Shown here one piece after another: positions 48,963-59,651 of a stretch of DNA of 64,000 nt. The position numbers and the translations under genes are program-made. Source of the stretch: an uncultured virus (IMG/VR IMGVR_UViG_3300023198_000928) (lineage: Duplodnaviria > Heunggongvirae > Uroviricota > Caudoviricetes); the IMG/VR virus record IMGVR_UViG_3300023198_000928; one strand, written 5' to 3'. Below the pieces are notes generated by a model. The model ran no database searches, was not told the DNA's origin, and saw nothing but the letters and a program-made list of their open reading frames with translations. Every line of letters begins with the position of its first letter. The first letter of the stretch is position 1.

Positions 48963-50384
48963 TTATCCTAGTGGAGAATAAGATTCTTTCACGATTGCAG
49001 CATTATATGGGTTAAACACACAAACTGCAGAGTATCCTAACAGGTGGTACTCACTTCCATCAACAGATGTTGCAAGATCCATGTTATTCTCCTTACCGCT
49101 AAATCCACCCATACCTTTCAACTTACCAGAAAGCATCTCACGACCCTCTAAAGTAAACATTGAAATTCCTGAGTTAGATGTAGTTTGATCTACCCCTACA
49201 TTGATACAGAACCCATATCCAGACGCTGGATACCAGTCAGATAGAATTTTATCTACCATAAATACAACAGTGTTACCTTGGAAGGTATAGCTGTCATAAT
49301 GAGCACCTACTCTAATTTTATTTCCATTCTGGTTTGTCCAATAGTAATCCCCAGCATCAGTAATAAAACGTAAATCATCTTTCAATAATCTACCTACTTG
49401 GTCATATAATCTTTCGTTTACCACAAAAGCGTACATGTTACCAATAGAGTTAGGAGATTTTTCACGCATTGACGCCATGATATCTTCTAACCAACGAGTA
49501 GATAAAACAGCATAAACGAACTTTTCACAGTAACGCTCAATTTGTTTGATCACACCATCCCCAATTGGAATGTCTTGTCCCTTCTCATCCTGCATAGTAC
49601 ACTTACCATTGGCATCGAAGTTAGTTTCTCCCCATAAAAGGTGATTTTCTCTCGCCCATAAGTACGATTCCAAAACATCTTTTTCAAGCTTTTGTAATCT
49701 GTAGTACTCATATTGTAACTTACCGTTAGAGGCATTTTTTTGTCCTCTCTCGATGTAATATTCTTGAGCAGCAGAATATTCAGCCGATTGAACATCAGAT
49801 GATCTGTGCTTAGATAAGAAGTTACGGTGAGTTTCTGTATTGAATTGGTACTTAACATACCCTCTCACAGATAATTCTGGGTGATAATTAGAACGGAATT
49901 GTGTCAAACGACCTGCCGTAAGCATTGCCGTGTTAGGCACTCCATTATAATTAGAAACCATTTTTACTTTATGAAGCCATTTGTTAGATCCTGCATACTT
50001 TACAGGAGCAACTACAAATAGTTGTGTTCCATCCTCAAGAGCGAAAGTTTCGTTCTTGTTATAATACTTTTCTTCTAAGTATAAATCAAATACCCCTGCG
50101 GTAGGAGTAGCTTGAGTTTGTACTATCTTCACCTTCTTAATGAAGTTTACATCAATCTTCCATTGGATTGCGTAAGAATTAATAGGAGTAAATCCTCCTA
50201 CTTGCTTTTTGTTGGTGTACACGTTTCTTAATCCTTCAGTAAGGTTACTGATGGTCAAACGCGGATACATTCTTACTACCTGTCCCATTACATGAGGTTT
50301 CTCTCCTAGAAGAGTACCAAAATGCTGGCGAGTACGTGTTGTATGAATGTTTTTGTCGATAAATTTTCTATCTACGATTCTCAT
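48963..50384 (-). CDS. major capsid protein (crAss-like HK97 fold)
   Basis: LTEGLRNV, SNYHPELS.RGYVKYQ.N.ETHRN, IGDGVIKQIER, GYS..CVFNPY; position after scaffold. Confidence 0.9.
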   Translation of the reverse strand: MRIVDRKFIDKNIHTTRTRQHFGTLLGEKPHVMGQVVRMYPRLTISNLTEGLRNVYTNKKQVGGFTPINSYAIQWKIDVNFIKKVKIVQTQATPTAGVFDLYLEEKYYNKNETFALEDGTQLFVVAPVKYAGSNKWLHKVKMVSNYNGVPNTAMLTAGRLTQFRSNYHPELSVRGYVKYQFNTETHRNFLSKHRSSDVQSAEYSAAQEYYIERGQKNASNGKLQYEYYRLQKLEKDVLESYLWARENHLLWGETNFDANGKCTMQDEKGQDIPIGDGVIKQIERYCEKFVYAVLSTRWLEDIMASMREKSPNSIGNMYAFVVNERLYDQVGRLLKDDLRFITDAGDYYWTNQNGNKIRVGAHYDSYTFQGNTVVFMVDKILSDWYPASGYGFCINVGVDQTTSNSGISMFTLEGREMLSGKLKGMGGFSGKENNMDLATSVDGSEYHLLGYSAVCVFNPYNAAIVKESYSPLG

Positions 50385-50416
50385 CCTTGTTAAAATTAAA
50401 GGTTAATATTCTATTT

Positions 50417-51670
50417 TTATTCTCTATTGTTTTCTTGATCAAATAATTCTTCTTCTGTTAATACCCTTCCAAAAGTTACTCCCGAGCCTACTGGCTGTGA
50501 ACTTCCTTTATTTCCTCCTGTTTGTCCTGTTGGAGAAATAATAGTCGGGTTAGCTGGCATTCCGTTTATGGCTTGATTATAAGCTGTTTTATGAGCTTTA
50601 GATACTTGAGTTTTCCAATAGCTGTTCAAATTATTAATATAATCTTCCCCGTAGTGTAAAAACCAATTCGCCTTAAACATAGTTTTAGGATCACTGAAGA
50701 TATTCTCCATTAATATAGGATCTCTATCTTCATTCAATTCCATAATGTCGTGTAACAAGAACTCTTTCATTTCAGGAGTAATTCTAGCTCCGGCAATATC
50801 TTCCATTTCCTCTACTGTCTGAACTACTGAATGTCTCTGTGCTTCTAATTCCTCATTAAATGCTTTATCAGATTTATTCTTTTCCATTCCTGCAGCATAA
50901 TTCTGCTGATTGATATATCCTTGTCTTAAGCCTTCTGTAATATCATCATAAGTAGAAAGAGCTTGAGCTTTTACTAATTCTGCCGCTACCTCATCGTCTG
51001 TAATTTCAGGTTTAGAATCCATTAAATGTTTTACATAAATTGCATCTGGTTCTGCTCCTGCATAATCTACATTTTGTAAACTACTCTTAGCTGAAAGAAC
51101 CTGTAATCTATGATCAATAATACCATTAATAAATTCTTCAGGTGATTGATCACTTTCCCGAATTGCATTCAATAGATTTACTTCGCCATCATCAAGGTTA
51201 TATTTTTCCTCTGTTGTTGGTACACTATCTTTTATCAAAGAACTTAAAATACTACTTTGCTCTGCTGCTTCTAAATCAGAAAATCTTGATGTGGATCCAT
51301 CCTCATATGTGATTATTCCACCGTTAACTCCATAGTCTGATAAAAACATTTCTACTCCTGATAATTCTTCAGAAGTTGGTGGGTCTGCTGGCGGATCGGT
51401 TGATGTTTCAGTTGAAGTATCTTCTATTCCTCCTTCTGTATTACTAATTAATCCTGAACCTCCCATATTCCCTAGATCAGTTGCTCCTGCTAAATTTCCC
51501 GCCTCTGGTGGGTCTGCTGGCGGAACTCCAGTATCTACTGGTGGATCTAATGGACTTGTACTTGTGCCTGCTGCTCCTGTTCCTGTTTCTCCTGCGATTA
51601 CTTTATCGTCAAATAATTCATCTTCGTCGATAATTTGGCCGCCGCCTTGAAATTTTCTAATTTTAGTCAT
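50417..51670 (-). CDS. putative scaffolding protein
   Basis: very acidic, disordered N-term, helical core, immediately upstream of MCP; starts MTKIRKFQGGG. Confidence 0.7.
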   Translation of the reverse strand: MTKIRKFQGGGQIIDEDELFDDKVIAGETGTGAAGTSTSPLDPPVDTGVPPADPPEAGNLAGATDLGNMGGSGLISNTEGGIEDTSTETSTDPPADPPTSEELSGVEMFLSDYGVNGGIITYEDGSTSRFSDLEAAEQSSILSSLIKDSVPTTEEKYNLDDGEVNLLNAIRESDQSPEEFINGIIDHRLQVLSAKSSLQNVDYAGAEPDAIYVKHLMDSKPEITDDEVAAELVKAQALSTYDDITEGLRQGYINQQNYAAGMEKNKSDKAFNEELEAQRHSVVQTVEEMEDIAGARITPEMKEFLLHDIMELNEDRDPILMENIFSDPKTMFKANWFLHYGEDYINNLNSYWKTQVSKAHKTAYNQAINGMPANPTIISPTGQTGGNKGSSQPVGSGVTFGRVLTEEELFDQENNRE

Positions 51671-51701
51671 ATTATTTCTTATTAATTTATTTTCTCGTTT
51701 A

Positions 51702-51710
51702 TATAATACT
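51702..51710 (-). promoter_or_regulatory. putative late promoter motif AGTATTATA
   Basis: exact copy 32 nt upstream of scaffold ATG. Confidence 0.7.
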
Positions 51711-51736
51711 CTTTATTTTTATATTTGTAAAGCGCA

Positions 51737-52150
51737 TTATATTTTTCTGTCATCTAATGAACCAGTTCTAAGAGCTAATTTAAGATTTTCCTCTACTCCA
51801 ATTCCTGTTCCAATAAAGTATGCTGTTCCACCCGCTCCTATCTCTACTTTAGTTCCTTCAGTACAGCCTTGAAACTCTGGCATGTCATAACTACTTCCAA
51901 AAGTCAGTGTTTTCTTTATTCCACTATTATTTACTATAGTTATTTCATGTAATGATCTGCTAATCAATGTGGTACCTACCCAAGCTGCGACATCAATGTC
52001 TGCTGGAGAATTAATAATATCCCACTTTTGAATAGTATTTCTAGCTCTAAAATCAGGGCTAAAAGGAGTTTCTGCAGGTTTAACTGTAAACTCTTCACCG
52101 TTATCTTGGTATGTATCTTTGTATGGTTTATAACCGTTATCTAGTCCCAT
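51737..52150 (-). CDS. hypothetical structural protein
   Basis: 137 aa beta-rich ORF in portal operon. Confidence 0.6.
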   Translation of the reverse strand: MGLDNGYKPYKDTYQDNGEEFTVKPAETPFSPDFRARNTIQKWDIINSPADIDVAAWVGTTLISRSLHEITIVNNSGIKKTLTFGSSYDMPEFQGCTEGTKVEIGAGGTAYFIGTGIGVEENLKLALRTGSLDDRKI

Positions 52151-52410
52151 CTTCTTATGTCTTTAGTGATTAATTTTATATTATTATATAATTTAGAAAT
52201 TATTAAATTTTGATCTTTAGAATGTCCGATATTTAATTCACCTAAAGCATAAATATTGGCATACAGTTTCATACAAGCTAGCTGATCTCTGTCATTAATA
52301 GTAATATCTCCCGAAAAAGAAGATCTCTTTGCTATCTTTAACTGTAACATTGCTATCTGTTCCCATCCCTTATTTACAGCGGTCCAAACGTCATCAATAT
52401 CTATTAACAT
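52141..52410 (-). CDS. small helical protein, tail-hub-like
   Basis: 89 aa; follows hub-like gene. Confidence 0.5.
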   Translation of the reverse strand: MLIDIDDVWTAVNKGWEQIAMLQLKIAKRSSFSGDITINDRDQLACMKLYANIYALGELNIGHSKDQNLIISKLYNNIKLITKDIRRWD

Positions 52411-52421
52411 AATAATTTATT

Positions 52422-53483
52422 TTAACAATTAAATTTAATACTTCCAGATCCTGCACTACTTGAGCATAAAGCGCTTGAACACATTTTTCTAGAGGATTCT
52501 AAGATTATTTGAGCATTTCTAAAAAGTCCGTTTAAAAACATAATAGATGCTGCCTCTCTTTTCATTATTAGTTTTTGCCAATCTGAATATTCCATTGGAC
52601 CACAACAATCTTCCATGGCGGCGTTTACTACCTCACTTGTAATTGCATCTCTAATTTCTTCAGTAACTAATATCTGAGAATGAGTAAATATTGCAGTTGA
52701 TTGTGTAGAGTAGTCAGAACCTACAGCATTCAAACTAAATAAAATATCCTCATAGTCGTGACTTTCTTCCTGTGGAATCCCATCTTCAATTAAAGTTTTT
52801 CCTACAGGAATTATAAGTATATCTCCTGACTCAGAATTAATAGCAATTTTTCCATCATCAGTTGCTTTGAATATAAATCCAGAAATTCCATAAAATATAT
52901 CTTTAAGTACATTAGAATTTGCAGCAACATCTCTAAAAATAATATGAGTATATGTGTACCATCCATCTAAATATACAAGATTTCCTGATACTTGCGGTAA
53001 TCCAGAAACTGTAGTTGGAAATGATCTAATAGATTTTGCTAAGTAAGTTTTTTCTCCTTTACTAAGAATCCCTTCCTGGTAATGAATAACATCCACTGTT
53101 CCATCATACATAGAAATATCAATTAAATACTCATCTGAAGCAACAGTACTTGCAGGTATCTCTGTACCATTAGGATTATATTCCATAACTGGAGCGGTAT
53201 TCATATCCACAATTCCAGCTTGACTTTCTAATACAGTAGAATATAATTTATTAGTATATCCAAAAGTTCCATTATATGCTAAGAATGAAATATATGTGGA
53301 AGGCATAATATCAGAAATAGCAGTATACGTTATATTATTTGGTGATAAGAATAGAGTTCTTTTATCACTATCAGGATCAGAGAACCATGCAGAAACTGCT
53401 TCTTTTTCTGGATCATTTTTAAACGTCTCCTTAGAAAGTGCCCCATCCGTATCCTTTATCAATATGGTTTTAGTTTCATTCAT
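52422..53483 (-). CDS. tail hub / fibre-docking protein candidate
   Basis: DGWYTY motif, C-terminal helical bundle with Cys cluster (DCCG..AQIILE..MC..LC..C). Confidence 0.55.
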   Translation of the reverse strand: MNETKTILIKDTDGALSKETFKNDPEKEAVSAWFSDPDSDKRTLFLSPNNITYTAISDIMPSTYISFLAYNGTFGYTNKLYSTVLESQAGIVDMNTAPVMEYNPNGTEIPASTVASDEYLIDISMYDGTVDVIHYQEGILSKGEKTYLAKSIRSFPTTVSGLPQVSGNLVYLDGWYTYTHIIFRDVAANSNVLKDIFYGISGFIFKATDDGKIAINSESGDILIIPVGKTLIEDGIPQEESHDYEDILFSLNAVGSDYSTQSTAIFTHSQILVTEEIRDAITSEVVNAAMEDCCGPMEYSDWQKLIMKREAASIMFLNGLFRNAQIILESSRKMCSSALCSSSAGSGSIKFNC

Positions 53484-53489
53484 GACTTA

Positions 53490-55811
53490 TTAAAATTTAT
53501 TGTTATTAATCTCTTTTGCATTACCCTCTCCGAATAATAGTTGCTCTCGTTCAAGTTCTACTACTGCTTCTTTGACAGCAATATCTTTTTTGTCTATTTT
53601 ATTTTTCTCTCTGTTAGCTTTATCAATAATATCAAGTTCTCTGCTACGTAACATCTGATCTGATTTATCTTTAGCTTTCTCAACCTCAAGTTTCTCTTTC
53701 TCAAGTTTAGCTGCATTATTAGTTAATCTATCTACTTCAGCTTGAAGTTGTTTAGCTTGATTAGTAGCTTCTTCTAACTGTTTTTCCATAGCCTGGATAT
53801 TCATTGTCTCTTCCTTCTTCTTAGCAATAGCTACTTGTAATATATTTTCAATTTCAGCAATAGATTTCTTATTTACAATTTCTACTACTATATTAGGATC
53901 TACAGCTCCCGCTCCTACTAATTCTTTAGCTAATTGCTGTATCTTAATAAGCTTAGCATTTTCTATTCCTGCAGAAATTACACTTACTTGATAATCTGTT
54001 AATGAAAATTTAGACGGAGATAAAATAAAAGCAACCATAGCCACCCCTAATTTATATACTCCTTTTTTAGTTTTATTTCTATAAGCCCATTTAAAATTGT
54101 CAAGAGTTTCCTGCATTCCTCTACACATCAATTTATCAATATCTCTAAACATCTCTAATGATAATACAGATACTTGATTGATCCCCACCTTCACATTTTC
54201 TACAGCATCTCTTTGTTCTATAACACCTAACATTTGTCTAGGAACACCTGATATAATATCTGCTTGAACAGTTAACGATTCCAGTACAGCATTAATAGCT
54301 TCCATAGCTCTACCATCTAATCCAGCATCAAAATCGCCGTAGTGCTGAAATAACTGTGCTCCGTCTTCAGTTGGATCTATAAGTTCCACTCCCTGTTTTC
54401 TTAATGTAATCCATTTAAGCAATCTTGGCATAAATTTCTTACCTAATGATTTCGGAATGGCAGCAACATTTACACGAGAACCCGAAACCCCTGAGTTTGC
54501 AACGAGATTATTTCTGAAAAACATTATAATATCGTATAAATCCTGGATCTCTCTCAAACTGTTTGACATAGATTCTACGCCTCCAGAAGGAGTAGTGTTT
54601 ATTAAGCCCTTATAAGATAAAGTGGTTTTCCAAGGTTTGTCTTGTTTCCTTGGCGCTTCGTCACATCTTCTACCTCCCACATAAATGTCAGGACCAATTC
54701 TGTAACACTCATAACGATCTTCTCTATAAACATACCCGCCACCCGATTTTGGAATTTTAGTAGATGCTAACCATTCTATATGATAAAAATCTACTAATTC
54801 ATTAGGCAATCCTCCGGCAACATCTGACCAACCAGTTTTAAGTGGAGTCAGAAGGTCCATCTGATTTGGATTATTAATTTCTAAGTTTGCATCCCCTGGT
54901 CCATTCTTTATAAATAAATCAGATGATAATCTAGTATAAGAGGTAAAAATCTCCTCTGCATCTTGTTTTGTAATTTTATCACCTAATAATTTAATAACAT
55001 TATGGACAGTCATAGTTTTTTTATATACTATTACGTCAGTATTCTCTAATGTTCTATCTCCTGTTGGACGATTGGTATGAAGGTATTCTGGAGCTATATG
55101 CAACTTCTTTGGATCTTTACCATCTCCTACATATTCTTCTTTAGTATAACATTCCCCTGTAATAAAATAATCTTTAGACACCTCTTTCTTAATAGTATCT
55201 AATCCTATTTCAGCATCAGTTTGAATTAAATTTAAAACATGTTGAGCGGCTATTTCATATGATGATTTATAATTTGGTCCAAACTTAATTAAAGTATCAT
55301 CAAACCATTTCTTAGTTCCTTGAGAAGGAGCATTATCTTTAGTTCCTTGAGGATTTCCTTGACCTGCTTCTCCCTCTCTAGCACCGGCATTAACTCCTAT
55401 CTTTACTTCTGCTTGAATCTCTTTTAAAACAGCATCCATCTTTTCTTTTTCTACCTTTTTAAAAGTATTAAGATCTGTATATGCTACAGAGAATTCAGGT
55501 TCTGAAAGTAAGCTCATCCCTACCAGAGCGTCAACTCTAGGTTTTATGATATTAGTGAATCTTAAATCGATTGGATTTTGCATTCCATAAATATCTTCTA
55601 AATATTCAAAATCAAGAACATTTCTTTTACTAGCATAATAATTTCTAGCTGAATAAATATGCACTCTATCATCTAGTAAAGATTCTATATAGAAGCGCGC
55701 TTGGGTATTGAAATATTCCTTTTTGAGCTTCTCTCCCTCTGTTAGGAACACCTCTTTCTTTAAACCTAAATAGCCGGTTACAGTGTCCATATGGCTTCTA
55801 TTTTTATCCAT
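53490..55811 (-). CDS. portal protein
   Basis: ARNYY, YG..NP.D..FT.IIKP.VDALVG, LQD.YD-like, SGV.RQ.LG.IEQRDAV.NV..G; C-terminal coiled coil. Confidence 0.9.
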   Translation of the reverse strand: MDKNRSHMDTVTGYLGLKKEVFLTEGEKLKKEYFNTQARFYIESLLDDRVHIYSARNYYASKRNVLDFEYLEDIYGMQNPIDLRFTNIIKPRVDALVGMSLLSEPEFSVAYTDLNTFKKVEKEKMDAVLKEIQAEVKIGVNAGAREGEAGQGNPQGTKDNAPSQGTKKWFDDTLIKFGPNYKSSYEIAAQHVLNLIQTDAEIGLDTIKKEVSKDYFITGECYTKEEYVGDGKDPKKLHIAPEYLHTNRPTGDRTLENTDVIVYKKTMTVHNVIKLLGDKITKQDAEEIFTSYTRLSSDLFIKNGPGDANLEINNPNQMDLLTPLKTGWSDVAGGLPNELVDFYHIEWLASTKIPKSGGGYVYREDRYECYRIGPDIYVGGRRCDEAPRKQDKPWKTTLSYKGLINTTPSGGVESMSNSLREIQDLYDIIMFFRNNLVANSGVSGSRVNVAAIPKSLGKKFMPRLLKWITLRKQGVELIDPTEDGAQLFQHYGDFDAGLDGRAMEAINAVLESLTVQADIISGVPRQMLGVIEQRDAVENVKVGINQVSVLSLEMFRDIDKLMCRGMQETLDNFKWAYRNKTKKGVYKLGVAMVAFILSPSKFSLTDYQVSVISAGIENAKLIKIQQLAKELVGAGAVDPNIVVEIVNKKSIAEIENILQVAIAKKKEETMNIQAMEKQLEEATNQAKQLQAEVDRLTNNAAKLEKEKLEVEKAKDKSDQMLRSRELDIIDKANREKNKIDKKDIAVKEAVVELEREQLLFGEGNAKEINNNKF

Positions 55812-55824
55812 AAAACCTTAATTT

Positions 55825-56571
55825 TTATTTTGTATCTAATGTTGCCAGTACATCTGCAGCAAACATTATAAGGTATCTCCCTTCATCTTCAGTCGTGGTA
55901 GCGTTTAAAGGCATTCCCACATACGCATCAAATACTACAGAAGTTCCTACGGCTACATTTTTATATGCTTTTCCGTATTTATCAATTTCTCCAATAGCTA
56001 ATACTTTACCTGTTTTTGTTACTGCATCATTTTTACTAAAAGCAGAATCATCTCCTACATTAGTTATTAAACCAGATTCTAATACTACTTCTTTTTTAAT
56101 ATTTACCTCTACAAGAATATAGTTAATTCCTGGTTTAAATGTTTTTGGGTGATATGCTAATGTACTTTTCATGTCTTCTTCTTTTTTATAAGCGAAAATA
56201 TCCGTTTCTGTTATTAATTTTGCGTGGCCTGTCTTAGTCGTTATATGATGTCCGGAATACATTGAAATTATTGCAATATCTCCTTTTTCAATAAACGTAA
56301 CATCTTCTCCAATGTCTTCAACTTTTGTGATGTATTTTTCTCCTCTAATTATAGTATAACTATCAGGGACAAATATTCCACCTTGACTTTGGGATGGCCA
56401 TGCTTTTATAGAAATCATTACTCGATTTCCAGCAGGGACAAATTCGTTTAAATCATGTTCAGCGGTGAGGTTTTTAGCATTTGCTAAACTTCTTACTTTC
56501 TCTCCACTTCCATTCGCGTAGGCTACTTTATTTTTTACGGCGCCTAAATCCATAGTTTTCTTATTATCCAT
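55825..56571 (-). CDS. groES: co-chaperonin with two tandem GroES domains
   Basis: PAGNRVMI..SQGGIFVP..V.DIG..V..GD....Y.G..ETDIFA and PGINYILV..ESGLI..GKVLAIG..VAVG..VVF..Y.G..DVLA. Confidence 0.8.
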   Translation of the reverse strand: MDNKKTMDLGAVKNKVAYANGSGEKVRSLANAKNLTAEHDLNEFVPAGNRVMISIKAWPSQSQGGIFVPDSYTIIRGEKYITKVEDIGEDVTFIEKGDIAIISMYSGHHITTKTGHAKLITETDIFAYKKEEDMKSTLAYHPKTFKPGINYILVEVNIKKEVVLESGLITNVGDDSAFSKNDAVTKTGKVLAIGEIDKYGKAYKNVAVGTSVVFDAYVGMPLNATTTEDEGRYLIMFAADVLATLDTK

Positions 56572-56595
56572 ATTAAAATTATTTTCTCTTGGTTA

Positions 56596-56604
56596 TATAA
56601 TACT
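56596..56604 (-). promoter_or_regulatory. putative late promoter motif AGTATTATA
   Basis: exact copy 25 nt upstream of ATG 56571. Confidence 0.7.
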
Positions 56605-56620
56605 TTATTAAATTGAAACT

Positions 56621-58798
56621 TTAATGCTCTGAGGCATCAATCCAACTAAATTTAGAATGATCTCTCATTTTATTTGCCTCTTCTTCTGCAATACTTTGAA
56701 TTTTCTCATCATCTTTGATAGGAATTTCTCCCCATCGCTTCCTTCCATTCTGGTCTCTATACATCCCAAACATAGTCAACTCCTTAGAGGCTTCTCCACT
56801 AGATGCGGCCGGTTTACCCATCATATCCTCATCAGCTAATTCTGTGAGACCCATAGCTACAACAAAATCAAACTTTGTTCTGTTATTAGCGTCATAATCT
56901 TTACATTGCTCTAATGCAGGAATATATCCTATTTGATAATAATAATCATTTATATAATCAGCAAGTTTCTGATCCTGATGGCTAATTACTGCATTAGTAG
57001 CAGGTGAACCTATTAGCATACTAGCTTTTAGACCACTAACATTAGCTCCTATGGCAATAGAAGGTCTTTGTAGAAATCTATGGAATTGTTTTTTATCTCT
57101 GAAGTATGATACAATATTAATCTTAGTATATTCCAGATTTATCCTAGCATTATACCATATACAAATTTTAAGTACATTTTCATAATCCCACCGTACATCT
57201 TTAGATCTCTCATTATAAAAACACACATATAAATTACTAGTTCGTGTAAACATATTATCAGTGAATCTTTTCTTTATAGTACAGGCTAGCTTAGATCCGT
57301 CCACTAATGAATCCATTTGCCCCTGATCAATACTATCCACTCCACCAACATATAATCCCTTCTTGATAGTACCATCTGATTCTACTTCCGGAGGTTCTAC
57401 TACAATAATCTTTCCTCCAGCTATCTCGACAAACTCTATTCCTGTAATATCTCCCTTACTATTTCGAATATAATCCAATCTTCCTTCTTTCCATGGTTTA
57501 TCTACCAACATTTTAAGTTTAGCAAGTTGCTCAGCAATCTTATCCTGATTAAAGATATTCATACCCTTCACTGTAAATACCTCTTCTAATGTTATTGGAA
57601 ATTCCTGAAGTTCTTGCATATATAAAACTGGATCGGTTTCCAAAGTCTTTCTAGAAATTACTATTAATCTCATAGCAAGCTCTATATTTGGAGTTCCAGT
57701 ATGTTCCCAAGTTCCTCCATATTTCAAGAATGCAGGAATAAATATACCTGTTTCTTTTCCCCATTCATTGGTTACTAATAAGTTGGATCCTCTAGGATTT
57801 GTAAATACATCTTCAGCATCTTTATTGTTTACAGAACCACCTGTTCCAGTCATCATAACAAACGCCTTCTTAAAAGCACCCATTACTTTCCAAGATCCTT
57901 TTGACTGTCCTAAACAATTCTTAAGAGATCCCTTTGATGGATGTGAGGGGAATGATGCAAATTCTTCTATGTGTTGGAAGTGTGGACGACGTCCTCTAGT
58001 TACGTTAGGATTATCTCCATATACAATTCTTCTAATTTCATTCTGAGATCCTCTTTTCTTTTTATTATTATGAGAATCTAAATATTCTTCTCCTGCTAAT
58101 ATCTTTTTAGTAGAATCTGTAATTCTTTTTTGATGAAATCCTGGATATTCTTCTTCAATTAAATCTATAGTGTCTGTAACTTTATCCCAAGCTTCTTCTA
58201 CAATAGGTTCTGAAGTAGCTGATACAATTATTTCTTGCTTTTCAAATATTACATAAAACCACGCAAGTACTGAATCAGTAATATATGATTTACCAATACC
58301 ACGACCACCCATTATAGCAGCATATTCTTTCTTTTTAAATCCTTGCCATAATAAGTCAAAAATATATCTATCAATTGTAGAATATAGAGGTCTTCCTATT
58401 TCTGATCCTTCCATGGGATTTCCTTTAGCATCATATAAAGGAATTTCAAAAATAAAAACAGTCAACCAGAAACAGAACATAGGATTATAATATTCTTTCC
58501 CGACATAAAGTCCTTCACTACATAATTTTACCAGCTTCTTGTAGTATTGCTGCATTTCATAGCTTTGGGGATGTACCTCTGGTTTTTTCTTAAATGCTAA
58601 TAAAGCTTTTGGAAGAGGTCTATATACTAAATAATCTTTTAAACGAATCTGTTCTTGTCCTGTTCTAATGCCTGGTAAAAACTCTAAAGTATCAGTAACA
58701 TCCCAATGCCCGTTCATAACCTTATCATCGATATGGGTAAGAAAAGATACCTTCGATTTATTAAACCTATCGTATGTAGTATTACCTCTTATTTTCAT
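56621..58798 (-). CDS. terL: terminase large subunit
   Basis: Walker A GGRGIGKS, Walker B HIEE, motif III TGTGG, nuclease GGVDSID and FDFVVA. Confidence 0.92.
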   Translation of the reverse strand: MKIRGNTTYDRFNKSKVSFLTHIDDKVMNGHWDVTDTLEFLPGIRTGQEQIRLKDYLVYRPLPKALLAFKKKPEVHPQSYEMQQYYKKLVKLCSEGLYVGKEYYNPMFCFWLTVFIFEIPLYDAKGNPMEGSEIGRPLYSTIDRYIFDLLWQGFKKKEYAAIMGGRGIGKSYITDSVLAWFYVIFEKQEIIVSATSEPIVEEAWDKVTDTIDLIEEEYPGFHQKRITDSTKKILAGEEYLDSHNNKKKRGSQNEIRRIVYGDNPNVTRGRRPHFQHIEEFASFPSHPSKGSLKNCLGQSKGSWKVMGAFKKAFVMMTGTGGSVNNKDAEDVFTNPRGSNLLVTNEWGKETGIFIPAFLKYGGTWEHTGTPNIELAMRLIVISRKTLETDPVLYMQELQEFPITLEEVFTVKGMNIFNQDKIAEQLAKLKMLVDKPWKEGRLDYIRNSKGDITGIEFVEIAGGKIIVVEPPEVESDGTIKKGLYVGGVDSIDQGQMDSLVDGSKLACTIKKRFTDNMFTRTSNLYVCFYNERSKDVRWDYENVLKICIWYNARINLEYTKINIVSYFRDKKQFHRFLQRPSIAIGANVSGLKASMLIGSPATNAVISHQDQKLADYINDYYYQIGYIPALEQCKDYDANNRTKFDFVVAMGLTELADEDMMGKPAASSGEASKELTMFGMYRDQNGRKRWGEIPIKDDEKIQSIAEEEANKMRDHSKFSWIDASEH

Positions 58799-59376
58799 GA
58801 TGTCGTTCTTAGCATTCCTTTTTCTTTGAAACTAGTACTTCCACCTCCACGTACTTTTCCACTCGCCTCTTCTTTCCGTATAGCGTTCATAAGCAGTGAC
58901 TTACTCTTCATTATAGTCTCAATCTTACTAAATAAATTAAGTATAATAGTTAGATTGGTATTAAATTTAGTCTCTCCTGAATTGGCTATTTCTTGAGCGA
59001 TTACTGGCTCTGTCTTATTTAGTAACGTTGATATCTGATCTAATTTTTTATTTACAGATTTTAATAATCTAGTTTCTGCAGTAGTATTATATTTTAAAAA
59101 CAACTCTTCGGCAGCGTCAAATTTTATCTGTGTTGCTTTAGGTACTTTTAAATCTTTCCAATGACTTTTATTAAATACAGCTCTAAGAACATTCTCATCA
59201 ATTACACTTTCATTCAAATCTCTAAAAGGATTTTCTACATCTCTAGAATATCTATAATAAATTACCTGTAAAAATTTTTGTCCTTCCTTAACATCATATA
59301 GTGCCTTCAACTCTTTAAATAATGCTATATTAGGATCCAATACTAATACTCCTTTGGAGATAGTAAATTTAAGCAT
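58795..59376 (-). CDS. conserved protein upstream of TerL (small terminase candidate)
   Basis: 4-nt overlap with terL; helical, basic; ends KVRGGG. Confidence 0.5.
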   Translation of the reverse strand: MLKFTISKGVLVLDPNIALFKELKALYDVKEGQKFLQVIYYRYSRDVENPFRDLNESVIDENVLRAVFNKSHWKDLKVPKATQIKFDAAEELFLKYNTTAETRLLKSVNKKLDQISTLLNKTEPVIAQEIANSGETKFNTNLTIILNLFSKIETIMKSKSLLMNAIRKEEASGKVRGGGSTSFKEKGMLRTTS

Positions 59377-59632
59377 CTGGCTCTCTATATTTTATTAAGT
59401 CTTTGGTATTAAATCTATATTTCTGAAGGCATAGATCACTAGAAAACCAAAAACAAGTTACCCCAAGTAATGCTGTTCCATTTGTTTCTTCTTTACCAAA
59501 AGCTGTAATTTTGTCTATAGTTTGTACAATCATTATAGGTTTATTAGGAATATCATGTCTTAGTATTACTCGATCTCCTGAAGCAAAGAATACTTTTTCT
59601 TTTCTGGGCCTTAAATTATTCTTATCATACAT
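59369..59632 (-). CDS. DUF2158/YodC-like small protein
   Basis: F.SGD.V.L....P.M.V, VTCFWF, F...DL. Confidence 0.75.
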   Translation of the reverse strand: MYDKNNLRPRKEKVFFASGDRVILRHDIPNKPIMIVQTIDKITAFGKEETNGTALLGVTCFWFSSDLCLQKYRFNTKDLIKYREPDA

Positions 59633-59651
59633 ATCTTCTCGTATTAAATTA

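Noticed and set aside
48963..58798. Introns or inteins in terL, portal or MCP
   Set aside because: Genes are contiguous and of ordinary length with no intein motifs seen
58830..58860. KVRGGG in the gene upstream of terL as a cargo tag
   Set aside because: Lacks the aromatic or Met position and is a single copy; not counted
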